DNA of 34,102 nt from an uncultured Bacillota bacterium (GCA_900313725.1 OMSK01000030.1:1-34102); one strand, 5' to 3'. Shown: positions 1 to 10,270, counted from the stretch's first letter. Program-made: numbers and translations. The notes: generated by a model from the letters alone, not told the origin.

Positions 1-83
1 CTAAGGCCGGACTTGAACCGGCACGGGATTTGACTCCCGCAGGATTTTAAGTCCTGTGCGTCTACCAATTTCGCCACTCAGGC
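1..83 (-). tRNA. tRNA-Leu (anticodon TAA), 3' end truncated by window edge
   Basis: Reverse complement GCCTGAGTGGCGAAATTGGTAGACGCACAGGACTTAAAATCCTGCGGGAGTCAAATCCCGTGCCGGTTCAAGTCCGGCCTTAG: D-loop, anticodon loop CT-TAA-AA, long variable arm, GGTTCAAGTCC T-arm. Confidence 0.95.
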
Positions 84-120
84 ACAATTTCATGTCAACA
101 AATAAGTGCTGACATGAGTA

Positions 121-149
121 ATTATATAATATTTTATGCAAAGTTGCAA
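121..149 (-). promoter_or_regulatory. sigmaA-type promoter for tRNA-Leu
   Basis: Minus strand TTGCAA (144-149), 17 bp spacer, TATAAT (121-126). Confidence 0.7.
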
Positions 150-167
150 TAGTTTTTGCAAATTTTT

Positions 168-1529
168 TTATTTTTTTAAGATATTTCTTGCAGCAATTAC
201 ACCACTTATTGATGATTGCATTAATCCTCTTGTAATTCCTGCACCATCTCCAATAGCGTATACTCCATCATATTTTGTTTGTAAATTATTGTCTACTTCT
301 ATTTTTGCTGAATAAAATTTTACTTCTACTCCATAAAGAATTGTATCTCTTCCAGATATTCCTGGACATACATGTTCTAATTCATCAAATGTTTCAAGTA
401 GTGCAGTTACAATTCTTGAAGGTAAAACATAAGATAAATCACCTGGAACTGCATCTTTTAATGTTGGTGTATACGATAATTTTTTAATTCTATCATATGT
501 TGATCTTTTACCATCTTTTAAATCTTTTAATCTTTGAACCATTATTTTGCCACCTGTTAACATATTAGATAGTCTAGCTATATATTTTCCATATGTGATT
601 GGTTCATCAAATGGTTCAGTAAATCTTGATGATACAAGTAATGCAAAGTTAGTATTATTACTTTTTATATCATGATAGCAATGACCATTAACTACTGCTA
701 GATTATCATCATAGTTTTCTTGTGAAACAAATCCACCTGGATTCATACAAAATGTTCTAACCATATTTTCTGTTGTTTTTGAACTATTGTAAACCTTAAA
801 TTCATACAAATTATTTGTCAAATGATCTGTTATTGATCTTGGTAATTCTACTCTTACTCCTATATCGACTTGATTATTAGTTGTTTTTACTTCATTCTTT
901 TTACATTCATTTATTAACCATCCTGAACCACTTCTACCGACAGATAGTACAATATTTTTTCCTTTATAAGTGTTTTTATCTGACTTTACAGTTTTATTTT
1001 TCATATCCACTTCTTTTATTTCTTCTTTTGATATTACTTCAACACCTTGACCAACTATATAGTCATACATTCTTTCCATTATTTCCGCACTTTTTTCTGT
1101 TCCTAAATGTCTTATAGGACACTTAATAAACTTTAATCCATACTTACTGCATTCATAATCAAATTCATTTGCAAATTCTTCATTATATGATATTTCTTTA
1201 TCTCCACCATATTCTAAATAAATACTATCTACATAGTGAATTAATTCATTTAATTTATCCGCATCAATATAATCTTCTAACCATCCACCTACATCTTTTG
1301 ATAATGATAATTTACCATCTGAAAAGGCTCCTGCCCCTCCAAAACCGCTTGATATATTACATGGTTTACATGACATACAGTTTAAAGTTTTTGCTTTTGG
1401 GCATTTTCTTACTTTAATACTATTTCCTTTATCAAACATTATTATTTTTAATTTTTTATTTTCTTTTAACAATTCTAGTGCTGTAAATATTCCTGCTGGT
1501 CCACTTCCAACTATTATTACATCATACAT
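168..1529 (-). CDS. NAD(P)/FAD-dependent oxidoreductase (uncharacterised FAD-dependent dehydrogenase family)
   Basis: N-terminal GSGPAG Rossmann motif, GFGGAGAFSDGKL, RTFCMNPGG, C-terminal YAIGDGAGITRG; start moved to ATG 1529 behind GGAGGT RBS. Confidence 0.85.
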   Translation of the reverse strand: MYDVIIVGSGPAGIFTALELLKENKKLKIIMFDKGNSIKVRKCPKAKTLNCMSCKPCNISSGFGGAGAFSDGKLSLSKDVGGWLEDYIDADKLNELIHYVDSIYLEYGGDKEISYNEEFANEFDYECSKYGLKFIKCPIRHLGTEKSAEIMERMYDYIVGQGVEVISKEEIKEVDMKNKTVKSDKNTYKGKNIVLSVGRSGSGWLINECKKNEVKTTNNQVDIGVRVELPRSITDHLTNNLYEFKVYNSSKTTENMVRTFCMNPGGFVSQENYDDNLAVVNGHCYHDIKSNNTNFALLVSSRFTEPFDEPITYGKYIARLSNMLTGGKIMVQRLKDLKDGKRSTYDRIKKLSYTPTLKDAVPGDLSYVLPSRIVTALLETFDELEHVCPGISGRDTILYGVEVKFYSAKIEVDNNLQTKYDGVYAIGDGAGITRGLMQSSISGVIAARNILKK

Positions 1530-1572
1530 ATTTAAACCTCCCTTAAACAAAAATAATTAAGCACAAGCTTAA

Positions 1573-2115
1573 TTATTTTTCAAATCCATTTTTTTCTAAG
1601 AATTGTGCAAAATTTTCATAATCATCATATCCAACCCAAGTATCTTGTAGTTTTCCATTTTTTACTAAAAGTACCATTGGAGTTGCAGTAAAGTTTTCTT
1701 CAAGAAATTTATTTTCATTATCCTTTTCTAATATTTTTTTACTATCTTCTGAAGTTAATTTGTCCATATCATAATAATATGTTTGATATCCATATTCAGT
1801 TTGTGCTTGTTGAAGTGCTGGTAGGAATTGTACACAATAACCACAAGTTGCTCTACCTATATAAATAAGTTTTGTTTCCTTTGAATCAAATAGATCTATT
1901 GCTTCATCCATTGTTACTTCTTTAAACATACTTACATCATAATTTGAATTAATTTGTTCTTCTGTTCCTTTTTGATTTTGATCTTTTGATTTATCTTTGT
2001 CTGTTGTTATTTTTACATTTGAAGCAAATAATATTATTGTATTAATTGCAAGTAAGGCAATTATAATATAAACACATTTTAATATTTTTTGTAATATTTT
2101 TGAATCTTCACTCAT
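1573..2115 (-). CDS. membrane-anchored thioredoxin-fold protein (CxxC)
   Basis: N-terminal hydrophobic helix; YIGRATCGYC active site; cis-Pro loop ATPMVLLVKNGK. Confidence 0.8.
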   Translation of the reverse strand: MSEDSKILQKILKCVYIIIALLAINTIILFASNVKITTDKDKSKDQNQKGTEEQINSNYDVSMFKEVTMDEAIDLFDSKETKLIYIGRATCGYCVQFLPALQQAQTEYGYQTYYYDMDKLTSEDSKKILEKDNENKFLEENFTATPMVLLVKNGKLQDTWVGYDDYENFAQFLEKNGFEK

Positions 2116-2164
2116 ATTGTTCCTCCTAATATAATTTTATCATATTATATATTTCATGACAACA

Positions 2165-2410
2165 TTATCTTGATTTAATAATTAGAATAATTATTATTAT
2201 TTCTATAATAAAACTAATTGTCCAAAATAGTTTTTTTCTTCGTTCTTTATTTTTTTCTCTTTTATCTACTTCTTCTAAATCTGTTAAAATATTATGTATT
2301 TTTTCTTTCATCACATCTTCATTACTTTTTATATCTTTTTCTACTTGTTTTTCTGTTTCATAGTTATTTTTTTTGATTATTTCTTCTTCAACTATATCCT
2401 CATTATTCAT
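2165..2410 (-). CDS. small hypothetical protein, charged helical region plus C-terminal TM helix
   Basis: AGGTGG RBS; C-terminal LFWTISFIIEIIIIILII. Confidence 0.7.
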   Translation of the reverse strand: MNNEDIVEEEIIKKNNYETEKQVEKDIKSNEDVMKEKIHNILTDLEEVDKREKNKERRKKLFWTISFIIEIIIIILIIKSR

Positions 2411-2466
2411 GTTACCACCTATTTTAATTTTATCATTTATATTATAATAAGTAAATAAAAAAAGGC

Positions 2467-3066
2467 TTATGCAGCCTTTATTTTATTCATATACCAACGT
2501 ACTTTACTTGCCCATGTTGTACTTTGAGCATATACTGGATTCATTTTTTCAGGTGTTGTTAACCCTTTTGAATAATATCTTTTATATAATATATTTAAAT
2601 ATCCTTTAATACCATCATCTAAAGTTGGGAATGCCATATATTTACCATTTCCACCTTTTAATCCACCTAAGTTGTTATGTGATCTAACTAAACCACTACA
2701 ACTATATGAACATCCAGTTTCATGTAAAGTAATTGCTAGTGCTAGATATGGATCTAGTCCTAACTCTATCGAATATGTTGCAAATAGTCTTCCTTTTCCT
2801 TTTAATGATGAATTCATTGATCTTTCAAGTTTTTCTGATAATTCGTCAATTGTTAAATCATCCCATACTACGCTTGCTTTTCTTATTTCTTCTTTTACGT
2901 CATTTTCAGCTTCTTCTAAAAATACTTTAGAATCATTATAGAAGACTTTACTATTAATTGTAGCATTATATTGTTTTTTTTCTGTTGGAATATTCATTAC
3001 TAATAATCCTGACAATATAAGTACAAATCCTGTTATAATTGCAACCTTTTTCTGGTTTATTTTCAC
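2467..3066 (-). CDS. membrane-anchored glucosaminidase-domain (GH73-like) peptidoglycan hydrolase
   Basis: N-terminal TM helix; AITLHETG, HNNLGGLK and YA motifs; probable GTG start at 3066 behind GAGGTG (ORF track start 3081). Confidence 0.7.
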   Translation of the reverse strand: MKINQKKVAIITGFVLILSGLLVMNIPTEKKQYNATINSKVFYNDSKVFLEEAENDVKEEIRKASVVWDDLTIDELSEKLERSMNSSLKGKGRLFATYSIELGLDPYLALAITLHETGCSYSCSGLVRSHNNLGGLKGGNGKYMAFPTLDDGIKGYLNILYKRYYSKGLTTPEKMNPVYAQSTTWASKVRWYMNKIKAA

Positions 3067-3119
3067 AATTTCACCTCTCACTTTTTTTAAAAAAGCAAAT
3101 TTATCTTATCATGAATAAA

Positions 3120-4988
3120 CTATCTTGTCAAATTTTCATAACGTGATGAAAATTTCTCAATTGAAGGTCTTTTAGCATTTATACGTTTAACATGTTTTGA
3201 TAAAAAGTTATTATATTTTATAATATCTTCTTCAGTATATTCATCAAAATAAAATTTATCAAGGCATATTATATTTAAATCATCATCTTCTCTTCTGGCA
3301 GGAGCTGTTACATGTCCATATGGATTTATATCTAATCCAAAATGTCCTTTAGATACTATATCATATTCTGCATTTGGATAAATATTTTTTAAAATTTCGA
3401 TAAATTTTATACATTCTTCATTATATGCCTCATTTAAAATATATTGTTCTATTCTATTTAATTCTTCTTGTTGTTCACTACCTATTACATGATTTCTATA
3501 ACTAAATGGTAAACCATTATTATAAAAATAAGTAGCTACTCGATGATTGGTAAATATCATTGTTGCTTCTACTACACGTTCTCCTTTTGATCTACCAATT
3601 ATATTGGTATTTGTTATATTATTTGTAGTTCTGTTTACTTTTTCATATAAAGGATCTTTTTTATAGTAGCTTTGTAATATATTTGAAGCTGTATTTAGTT
3701 TTTTTACTGTTTCTGATAATTTGTCATTACCATCCTTCTCTAAAATATGGTTAAAATCTTTATATGTCATATTTCTATCTACTTTTATTACTGATTTAAT
3801 AAATTCATCTTTAATAAATTTACCATTTTCATCAAATTCAAAGTAATATGATATAGCAGGTCTATAATTACCTTCATTTAAACTAATTAATTTTTCCATT
3901 AATTCCTCTGGAAATAATGGATATGTTTTATCAGATAAATATATTGATGTTGTTCTTTTGGCAGCTTCATCAAATATTATACTATCTTTATCAATTACAG
4001 CCATAGGATCAGCGATATGGACTCCAAGTTGCACATGATTATTATCAAGTATTTTAACTGATAAAGCATCATCTATTTCTTTAGCGTCTTCTCCATCAAA
4101 TGATAATATATAATCATCTATGATAGATCTATCTTTATCTATTGTATAATTATTTATTATTTTTTTTACTTCTGTTTTTATTGCTATATTAAAAGATGAA
4201 GGAATATCATATTTATATTCATAATATTCTATACTTTTTTCTTCTTCCTCGTCTATTACTTTTTCAAGTAAAATATTTAAAAAGAATGTTTTCATTTTTT
4301 TATCTTTTTTTATTTCTTTTAAACTTTGTTTTATTTTTTTTAATATTGTTTGTTTATCTATAATATCAAATATAAATTTAGGTGATGTTAATATATAGTT
4401 TATTATTTCATCATAATATAATATTTCATCTCTTCCTGTTTCTTTATTATAATTAATTACTTCTTCTATATATTTATCAATAACACTTACAATTATTTTT
4501 TTATTATTTCTATCAAAATAGTTTACTAAATATGGAAATCTTTGTAATGCGTCTTTAAATATAGATGTTTTTTTTAAATCAAATATTATATAGTCTATTA
4601 TTTGATAATGTGGGCCATCATATTTATCAACATAATCATACAACATAGATATTTGAATTAATTCTATATTATTTATTAGGTTTTTAAGGAATTTATAATT
4701 ATGATTTGTTTTATCTATATTACCTGGTTTTTGTACTAAAAAAGTTTTTACTTGTTGATGTATTTTTTTAAATTTTTCATTTAATTCTTTTTGATTCTTT
4801 TTTCCATAAATAGGTAATATTTTTATTAATGTATCTAAATAATCTATATCTTTATCATAACTAAAATTATTTATTTCTTCTTCTAGTATTTCGATACATG
4901 AATTACATATTGTATTACTATTATATTTATTTAATCCTTCTAAATTACCAGATTTTATTATATTTTTTATTTTTTCTGTTTTAACCAT
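3120..4988 (-). CDS. RNB-domain (RNase II/R family) protein with atypical N-terminal region
   Basis: SFDGEDAKEIDDAL, LGVHIAD, RTTSIYL, GHFGL and HVTAPARR motifs; no recognisable cold-shock or S1 domains. Confidence 0.8.
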   Translation of the reverse strand: MVKTEKIKNIIKSGNLEGLNKYNSNTICNSCIEILEEEINNFSYDKDIDYLDTLIKILPIYGKKNQKELNEKFKKIHQQVKTFLVQKPGNIDKTNHNYKFLKNLINNIELIQISMLYDYVDKYDGPHYQIIDYIIFDLKKTSIFKDALQRFPYLVNYFDRNNKKIIVSVIDKYIEEVINYNKETGRDEILYYDEIINYILTSPKFIFDIIDKQTILKKIKQSLKEIKKDKKMKTFFLNILLEKVIDEEEEKSIEYYEYKYDIPSSFNIAIKTEVKKIINNYTIDKDRSIIDDYILSFDGEDAKEIDDALSVKILDNNHVQLGVHIADPMAVIDKDSIIFDEAAKRTTSIYLSDKTYPLFPEELMEKLISLNEGNYRPAISYYFEFDENGKFIKDEFIKSVIKVDRNMTYKDFNHILEKDGNDKLSETVKKLNTASNILQSYYKKDPLYEKVNRTTNNITNTNIIGRSKGERVVEATMIFTNHRVATYFYNNGLPFSYRNHVIGSEQQEELNRIEQYILNEAYNEECIKFIEILKNIYPNAEYDIVSKGHFGLDINPYGHVTAPARREDDDLNIICLDKFYFDEYTEEDIIKYNNFLSKHVKRINAKRPSIEKFSSRYENLTR

Positions 4989-4995
4989 AACCCAC

Positions 4996-5247
4996 CTACT
5001 TATTTGTATTATTATAATAATTAAATTCCGCTAATTCTCCTGATACTTTATCTAATTCTTCATTATATTCTTCGTTTAATATTTCCTCTATTTCATATAT
5101 TAAACTTGATATATTATTATATTTTAAATAATCTATGTCATATTTATTTAATATTTCAATTTGTTCATCAGATAAAAGTAATCCATTATCTCTTTTCTTG
5201 TGCATTTTTTTATCAAAATTTATATCTATTATCTTTTCAAAATCCAT
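4996..5247 (-). CDS. small acidic hypothetical protein
   Basis: 83 aa ORF with RBS-like GGAGG/AGAGG; 7 bp upstream of the RNB gene; extended -10 TGTTATAAT at 5271-5279. Confidence 0.75.
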   Translation of the reverse strand: MDFEKIIDINFDKKMHKKRDNGLLLSDEQIEILNKYDIDYLKYNNISSLIYEIEEILNEEYNEELDKVSGELAEFNYYNNTNK

Positions 5248-5292
5248 ATAACCTACTACCTCCTATGATAATTATAACATTTATAATTAAAG

Positions 5293-5321
5293 AAAAAAAG
5301 TTATTTCATAGTGAAATAACT
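5293..5321 (-). terminator. intrinsic terminator after the NrtR-family gene
   Basis: AGTTATTTCA-tag-TGAAATAACT stem followed by a T-run on the minus strand. Confidence 0.7.
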
Positions 5322-6141
5322 AATTATTTTTATATTTAAATAATACGGAAGGTCTATGTCCTCCACCCGTTCTCATTTTGTTTGTTTTTATTACTTTATC
5401 TTTTATAATTCTTCTAAATGCTGGATCAAGTAATTTTTTACCTAGTATTACTTCATATACTTGTTGTAATTCTTTTAATGTAAAATATTCTGGCATCATG
5501 TTAAATACTATATCTGTGTACTCTATTTTATTTTTTAATCTTTCTATTCCATTAACTATTACAAGTGGATGATCAAAGGCTAATTTATTATTTTCTAATA
5601 CTTCATATCTATATTTATTAGTTGTTTTTTCTTTTAATATTTTTTTAATTTTAAATTTAATTTTTTCAATACCATTATCTAGTGTTAAATCAATAATATT
5701 TTTATCTTCTAATATCATTACATTAAACCATGAGGCATTATTAGAAATCATATTTGGTAATTTATTTTTATCTATCAAAGCTATATAAGAAGTAGAAATT
5801 ACTCTCATACGTGGATCCCTTTTTGGATTACCATAAGTATATAATTGTTCTAAGTATATGTTGTCAAGATTTGTTTCGGTTTTCAATATTCTATTAGCAG
5901 CATCTTCTATATCTTCATCTATGCCTATAAATCCACCTGGTAGGCACCATTTATCTTTAAATGGATAGGTATTTCTTTTTACAAGTAAAATACTAAAATA
6001 TTTTTTATTTAATTTACGATAATTTTCTTGAACACCATTTGCAACACTAAATAATAGTATATCAGTAGTTAATGATAATTTATCATATTTATTTGAATCA
6101 TAATCATTTAAAAATTCTATTTCACTTTTATATTCTTTCAT
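5320..6141 (-). CDS. nrtR: NrtR-family regulator (NUDIX domain plus C-terminal winged HTH)
   Basis: WCLPGGF, degenerate Nudix box (RILKTETNL), YLEQLYTYG..RDPR, LAFDH, FTLKELQQVYEVILG..FRR and GGHRPS motifs. Confidence 0.85.
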   Translation of the reverse strand: MKEYKSEIEFLNDYDSNKYDKLSLTTDILLFSVANGVQENYRKLNKKYFSILLVKRNTYPFKDKWCLPGGFIGIDEDIEDAANRILKTETNLDNIYLEQLYTYGNPKRDPRMRVISTSYIALIDKNKLPNMISNNASWFNVMILEDKNIIDLTLDNGIEKIKFKIKKILKEKTTNKYRYEVLENNKLAFDHPLVIVNGIERLKNKIEYTDIVFNMMPEYFTLKELQQVYEVILGKKLLDPAFRRIIKDKVIKTNKMRTGGGHRPSVLFKYKNN

Positions 6142-6172
6142 TGTACACCTCTATATCAATTATATCATATAA

Positions 6173-6865
6173 TTATTCCCAATCATCATATACATTTCCA
6201 TCTTCTCTAAATATTTTATATCTATTATATGTATCCATACAATTTTCATCTAATCTTATTGATATATTTCCTTTATATAGCATAATATCCTCTTTTAGTT
6301 TATCTAGTTTTTCTTTTAATATTTGATGTTTTTCTATGTAATTATCAACTTTTTTATTTACTCCATTACTTTTTTGTAATACTTTAAAAGTTAACTGAGT
6401 TACATTTTTTGGAAGTATATTTATTATATCCTCTAATGTATAATTATTAAATGTATCTGTAAGTAATATAACATATCTATTTATTTTTCCACATGGTTTT
6501 ATATTTTTTATCAAATTATAATATGGGATTGAATAAGCAACTACATCTAATTCTTGATATATTTTATTTTCTTTATAAAAATGTGTTTGTATTTCAATTT
6601 GGATATTTGGATTAGTATTTCTTACAATATTTATTATATCTTTAACACATTCTTTTGATTGCATTGGTTCATTTGTACCTGTTATTACTATATATCCTAA
6701 ATCACTATTATTTTTTATTGTATTTATTAGATTATTTTTCCAATAATTATAATTATTTGTATAATTATCTATAAATTTATTATTATGTTCATGAGTTTTT
6801 GATATACAAAATGGACAATTATAAATACACTCCATATGTGGTGTTAGTACTTGTAAACTTTTCAT
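6173..6865 (-). CDS. short radical SAM-like Fe-S protein
   Basis: CIYNCPFC (CxxxCxxC) near the N-terminus; ITGTNEP resembling the GGE motif; 230 aa. Confidence 0.75.
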   Translation of the reverse strand: MKSLQVLTPHMECIYNCPFCISKTHEHNNKFIDNYTNNYNYWKNNLINTIKNNSDLGYIVITGTNEPMQSKECVKDIINIVRNTNPNIQIEIQTHFYKENKIYQELDVVAYSIPYYNLIKNIKPCGKINRYVILLTDTFNNYTLEDIINILPKNVTQLTFKVLQKSNGVNKKVDNYIEKHQILKEKLDKLKEDIMLYKGNISIRLDENCMDTYNRYKIFREDGNVYDDWE

Positions 6866-6869
6866 ATTA

Positions 6870-7271
6870 TCACCTTTTTTCTTTTAATTTATTTTTTATT
6901 TCATTTACTTTTAAATTTACTCCATTAAAGTAAAAGTATTCTACTTCATTATTATTATGTAAATCATAATTATCATATCTTATTCCACAATCAAAATTTA
7001 TTTCTAATACTTCCATGTTTTCCTCAAGTAAAACAATACCTAATATTTTTTTTAAGTCTTCTAAATTCAAATATTTTTTTAATTCTACTTCTTCATCTAA
7101 TAATTTTTTTGTAATAATTTGAATAATTTCAACTGTACATGTTTTATCGTCATAATAACCAGTATATTCTATTTTCGGATTTGTTATAATTTTACAATTA
7201 ATATTTTCATATTTTTCATAATAATATTTAATTAATTTTTCAAATTGTTCAACATTTAATTCTAATTTCAT
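6870..7271 (-). CDS. hypothetical protein
   Basis: 133 aa ORF with AAGAGGA RBS; first gene downstream of a consensus promoter. Confidence 0.7.
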   Translation of the reverse strand: MKLELNVEQFEKLIKYYYEKYENINCKIITNPKIEYTGYYDDKTCTVEIIQIITKKLLDEEVELKKYLNLEDLKKILGIVLLEENMEVLEINFDCGIRYDNYDLHNNNEVEYFYFNGVNLKVNEIKNKLKEKR

Positions 7272-7348
7272 ATATATTCCTCTTTCTTATTAACAATTTG
7301 TTAAAAACAAATTGTATAAAATTAACAGTTTTTATTTCTGTTATTAAC

Positions 7349-7377
7349 ATTATATTAATAACAATTGATTTTGTCAA
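7349..7377 (-). promoter_or_regulatory. consensus sigmaA promoter of the hypothetical/radical SAM/nrtR operon
   Basis: TTGACA (7372-7377), 17 bp spacer, TATAAT (7349-7354) on the minus strand. Confidence 0.85.
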
Positions 7378-7388
7378 GTATTTTTAAC

Positions 7389-7414
7389 AAAAAAGGAAGA
7401 TTTTTTAATCTTCC
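7389..7414 (-). terminator. intrinsic terminator of the phosphoketolase gene
   Basis: GGAAGATT-N4-AATCTTCC stem overlapping the stop codon, followed by TTTTTT on the minus strand. Confidence 0.7.
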
Positions 7415-9744
7415 CATTTCCAATTTGTTATTTCTGGCATATCTATACCATATTCATGTATATATTCTTTATGCTCTACTAATTTTTCTTTACACCATTC
7501 TACAAGTGCAGATCCTTTATTACCTAATTTAGGTAAATATTTAATAGCATCGATTACTAAATGATATCTATCTATTTCATTTTGTACTCGCATATCAAAT
7601 GGAGTTGTAATAGTTCCTTCTTCATTATATCCATGTACATGCATATCTTTGTTATCTCTTTTATATGTTAGTTGATGTATTAAGTTTGGATATCCATGAA
7701 AATTAAATATTATTGGTTTATTTTTAGTAAATATCATATTATATTCACCATCAGTTAATCCATGTGGATGTTTTAAATTTGATTCAAGTCTCATTAAATC
7801 TATAACATTTACTACTCTTATTTTTAATAAAGGAAAAGCTTTTCTTAATATTTTTGTAGCAGCTAGTGTTTCAAGTGTAGGTGTATCTCCTGCACATGCC
7901 ATTACAATATCTGGTTCGCTACCTTCATCATTTGAAGCAAATTTCCAAATACCTATTCCATCAAAACAATGTCTAAATGCTTCATCCATATTTAACCATT
8001 GAGGTCTTGGATGTTTAGATGCCACTATAACATTAATATAATTTCTTGATTTAATACAATGATCAAAACAAGCTATTAGGCAATTTGCATCTGGAGGTAA
8101 ATATAATCTTACTATATCTTGTTTTTTAGTTACTATATGATTTAAAAAACCTGGATCTTGATGCGTAAATCCATTATGATCTTGTTGCCAACAATGTGAT
8201 GACAATACATAGTTTAGTGAAGCTATTGGTGCTCTCCAAGGCAATTGTTTTGTTACTTTTAACCATTTAGCGTGTTGTGAAGTCATCGAATCTACTATTC
8301 TAATAAATGCTTCATATGAACTGAAGAATCCATGTCTTCCAGTAAGTAAATATCCTTCTAGTGCTCCTTCACAAAAATGTTCTGAAAGATAAGAATCAAT
8401 AATTCTACCATCTGGTGATAAGTAATCATCACCAATAATTATTTTATCATTCCATTTTCTATTGGTTACTTCAAATACCGAATTTAATCTATTTGACGCA
8501 GTTTCATCAGGTGCGAATACTCTAAAGTTTTGTGATTTTTGATTTAAAACACAAACATCTCTAACATATTTTCCTAATTCTCTCATATCTTCTGCTTCAA
8601 TGGTTCCTCTACCTGTAAATTTAACCCCATATTTACGATAATCAGGTGTTCTTAATGTTTCAAGTAAAAGTCCTCCATTAGCATGTGGGTTGGCTCCCAT
8701 TCTTAATCTTCCTTTAGGAGCTAAATCTCTTAATTCTTTTATTAATCTACCGTCTTTATCAAATAATTCTTCAGGATGATAACTTCTTAACCATTTTTCA
8801 AGTAATCCTAATTTTTCTTCATTGTCTATTGTAACTGGTACTTGATGAGCTCTAAATGAATTTTCAATTTGTAGTCCATCTACTTTTTTAGGACCAGTCC
8901 ATCCTTTAGGAGTTCTAAGAATTATCATAGGCCAAGTTTTTCTTGATTGTTTATTTGCTAGTCTTGCATTTCTTTGAATTGATTTAATTTCAGCAATTAC
9001 TCTATCCATAACATCACACATTTTTTTGTGCATTGTCATTGGATCATTACCTTCTACTATATATGGATGCCATCCAAATCCACTGAATAAATCTAGTAAT
9101 TCTTTATTACTCATTCTACCTAGTACTGTTGGATTGGCTATTTTATATCCATTTAAATGAAGTATTGGAAGTACTGCTCCATCTGTTTTTGGATTTATAA
9201 ATTTATTTAAATGCCAACTATTTGCTAGTGGACCAGTTTCTGCTTCTCCGTCTCCTACAACACAAGCAGCTATTAATTCCTTATTATCTAGAACTGCTCC
9301 ATATGCGTGAGATAAGCTATATCCTAATTCTCCACCTTCATGTATTGATCCAGGTGTTTCTGGTGCTACATGGGATGATATTCCTCCAGGAAATGAAAAT
9401 TGCTTAAATAATTTTTTTAATCCTTCTTCATCTTCTGTTATATCAGGATATACTTCACTATATGTCCCCTCTAAATATACATTGGAAACAATAGCATTTC
9501 CTCCATGTCCTGGTCCTGATATATATATCATGTTTAATCTATTTTTTTTAATTACTCTATTTAAATGAACATATATAAAGTTTTGACCTGGAACTGTTCC
9601 CCAGTGTCCTACTATTTTTTTCTTTATATCACTCATCTGTAATTCTCTTTTTAATAATGGATTATCTAATAAATATAATTGACATGCTGATAAGTAATTT
9701 GCTGCTCTAAAATACATGTCTATCTTTTTTAATTCGTCGTTCAT
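7405..9744 (-). CDS. xfp: phosphoketolase (xylulose-5-P/fructose-6-P)
   Basis: [21 protein letters not shown] motif [19 protein letters not shown]. Confidence 0.97.
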   Translation of the reverse strand: MNDELKKIDMYFRAANYLSACQLYLLDNPLLKRELQMSDIKKKIVGHWGTVPGQNFIYVHLNRVIKKNRLNMIYISGPGHGGNAIVSNVYLEGTYSEVYPDITEDEEGLKKLFKQFSFPGGISSHVAPETPGSIHEGGELGYSLSHAYGAVLDNKELIAACVVGDGEAETGPLANSWHLNKFINPKTDGAVLPILHLNGYKIANPTVLGRMSNKELLDLFSGFGWHPYIVEGNDPMTMHKKMCDVMDRVIAEIKSIQRNARLANKQSRKTWPMIILRTPKGWTGPKKVDGLQIENSFRAHQVPVTIDNEEKLGLLEKWLRSYHPEELFDKDGRLIKELRDLAPKGRLRMGANPHANGGLLLETLRTPDYRKYGVKFTGRGTIEAEDMRELGKYVRDVCVLNQKSQNFRVFAPDETASNRLNSVFEVTNRKWNDKIIIGDDYLSPDGRIIDSYLSEHFCEGALEGYLLTGRHGFFSSYEAFIRIVDSMTSQHAKWLKVTKQLPWRAPIASLNYVLSSHCWQQDHNGFTHQDPGFLNHIVTKKQDIVRLYLPPDANCLIACFDHCIKSRNYINVIVASKHPRPQWLNMDEAFRHCFDGIGIWKFASNDEGSEPDIVMACAGDTPTLETLAATKILRKAFPLLKIRVVNVIDLMRLESNLKHPHGLTDGEYNMIFTKNKPIIFNFHGYPNLIHQLTYKRDNKDMHVHGYNEEGTITTPFDMRVQNEIDRYHLVIDAIKYLPKLGNKGSALVEWCKEKLVEHKEYIHEYGIDMPEITNWKWED

Positions 9745-9814
9745 AGGCCCCTCCTATTCTTATATAATTATATAATAAATATTATTTATTTTCAATAAAA
9801 AAAGTAGTATTTAA

Positions 9815-10270
9815 CTACTTATGATATATTTCATTATTAAGAATTTTATAACTTCTATATATTTGTTCTAATAACATTACTCTAAACAATTGATGCGGAA
9901 ATGTTAATTTAGAAAAAGATAACTTATAATTGCTCATATTTTTTATATCATTATGGATTCCATATGAACCACCTATTATAAAAGTAATATTGGAATTTTT
10001 AATTTGTAACTCATTTATTTTATTTGATAATTCGACACTATCTAGTTCTTTTCCTTCTATTTCTAATGTAATTATATACTCTTTTTCTTTTATTTTAGAA
10101 AGTATTTCATCTCTTTCTTTTTCTAATATTATATTGATATTATCATTATTAATATCATTTAATTCTATTAATTCTATTTTGGTATATTTTGATAATCTTT
10201 TTAAATATTCTTGAATGGCATCTCTATAGAACTGTTCTTTTATTTTTCCTATACATATTATTTTTATCAT
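9815..10270 (-). CDS. rlmH: 23S rRNA m3Psi1915 methyltransferase
   Basis: FIIGGSYG and LTFPHQLFRVMLLEQIYR SPOUT motifs. Confidence 0.96.
   Translation of the reverse strand: MIKIICIGKIKEQFYRDAIQEYLKRLSKYTKIELIELNDINNDNINIILEKERDEILSKIKEKEYIITLEIEGKELDSVELSNKINELQIKNSNITFIIGGSYGIHNDIKNMSNYKLSFSKLTFPHQLFRVMLLEQIYRSYKILNNEIYHK

Noticed and set aside
3902-3915. Second NBS-like sequence ATTCCTCTGGAAAT inside the RNB gene
   Set aside because: Three mismatches in the GC core of the 14-bp consensus
6173-6865. Calling the radical SAM protein a prokaryotic viperin
   Set aside because: Viperin-type N-terminal N-x-H..CNY.C.FC context and SGGEP are not matched; only the generic CxxxCxxC motif is supported
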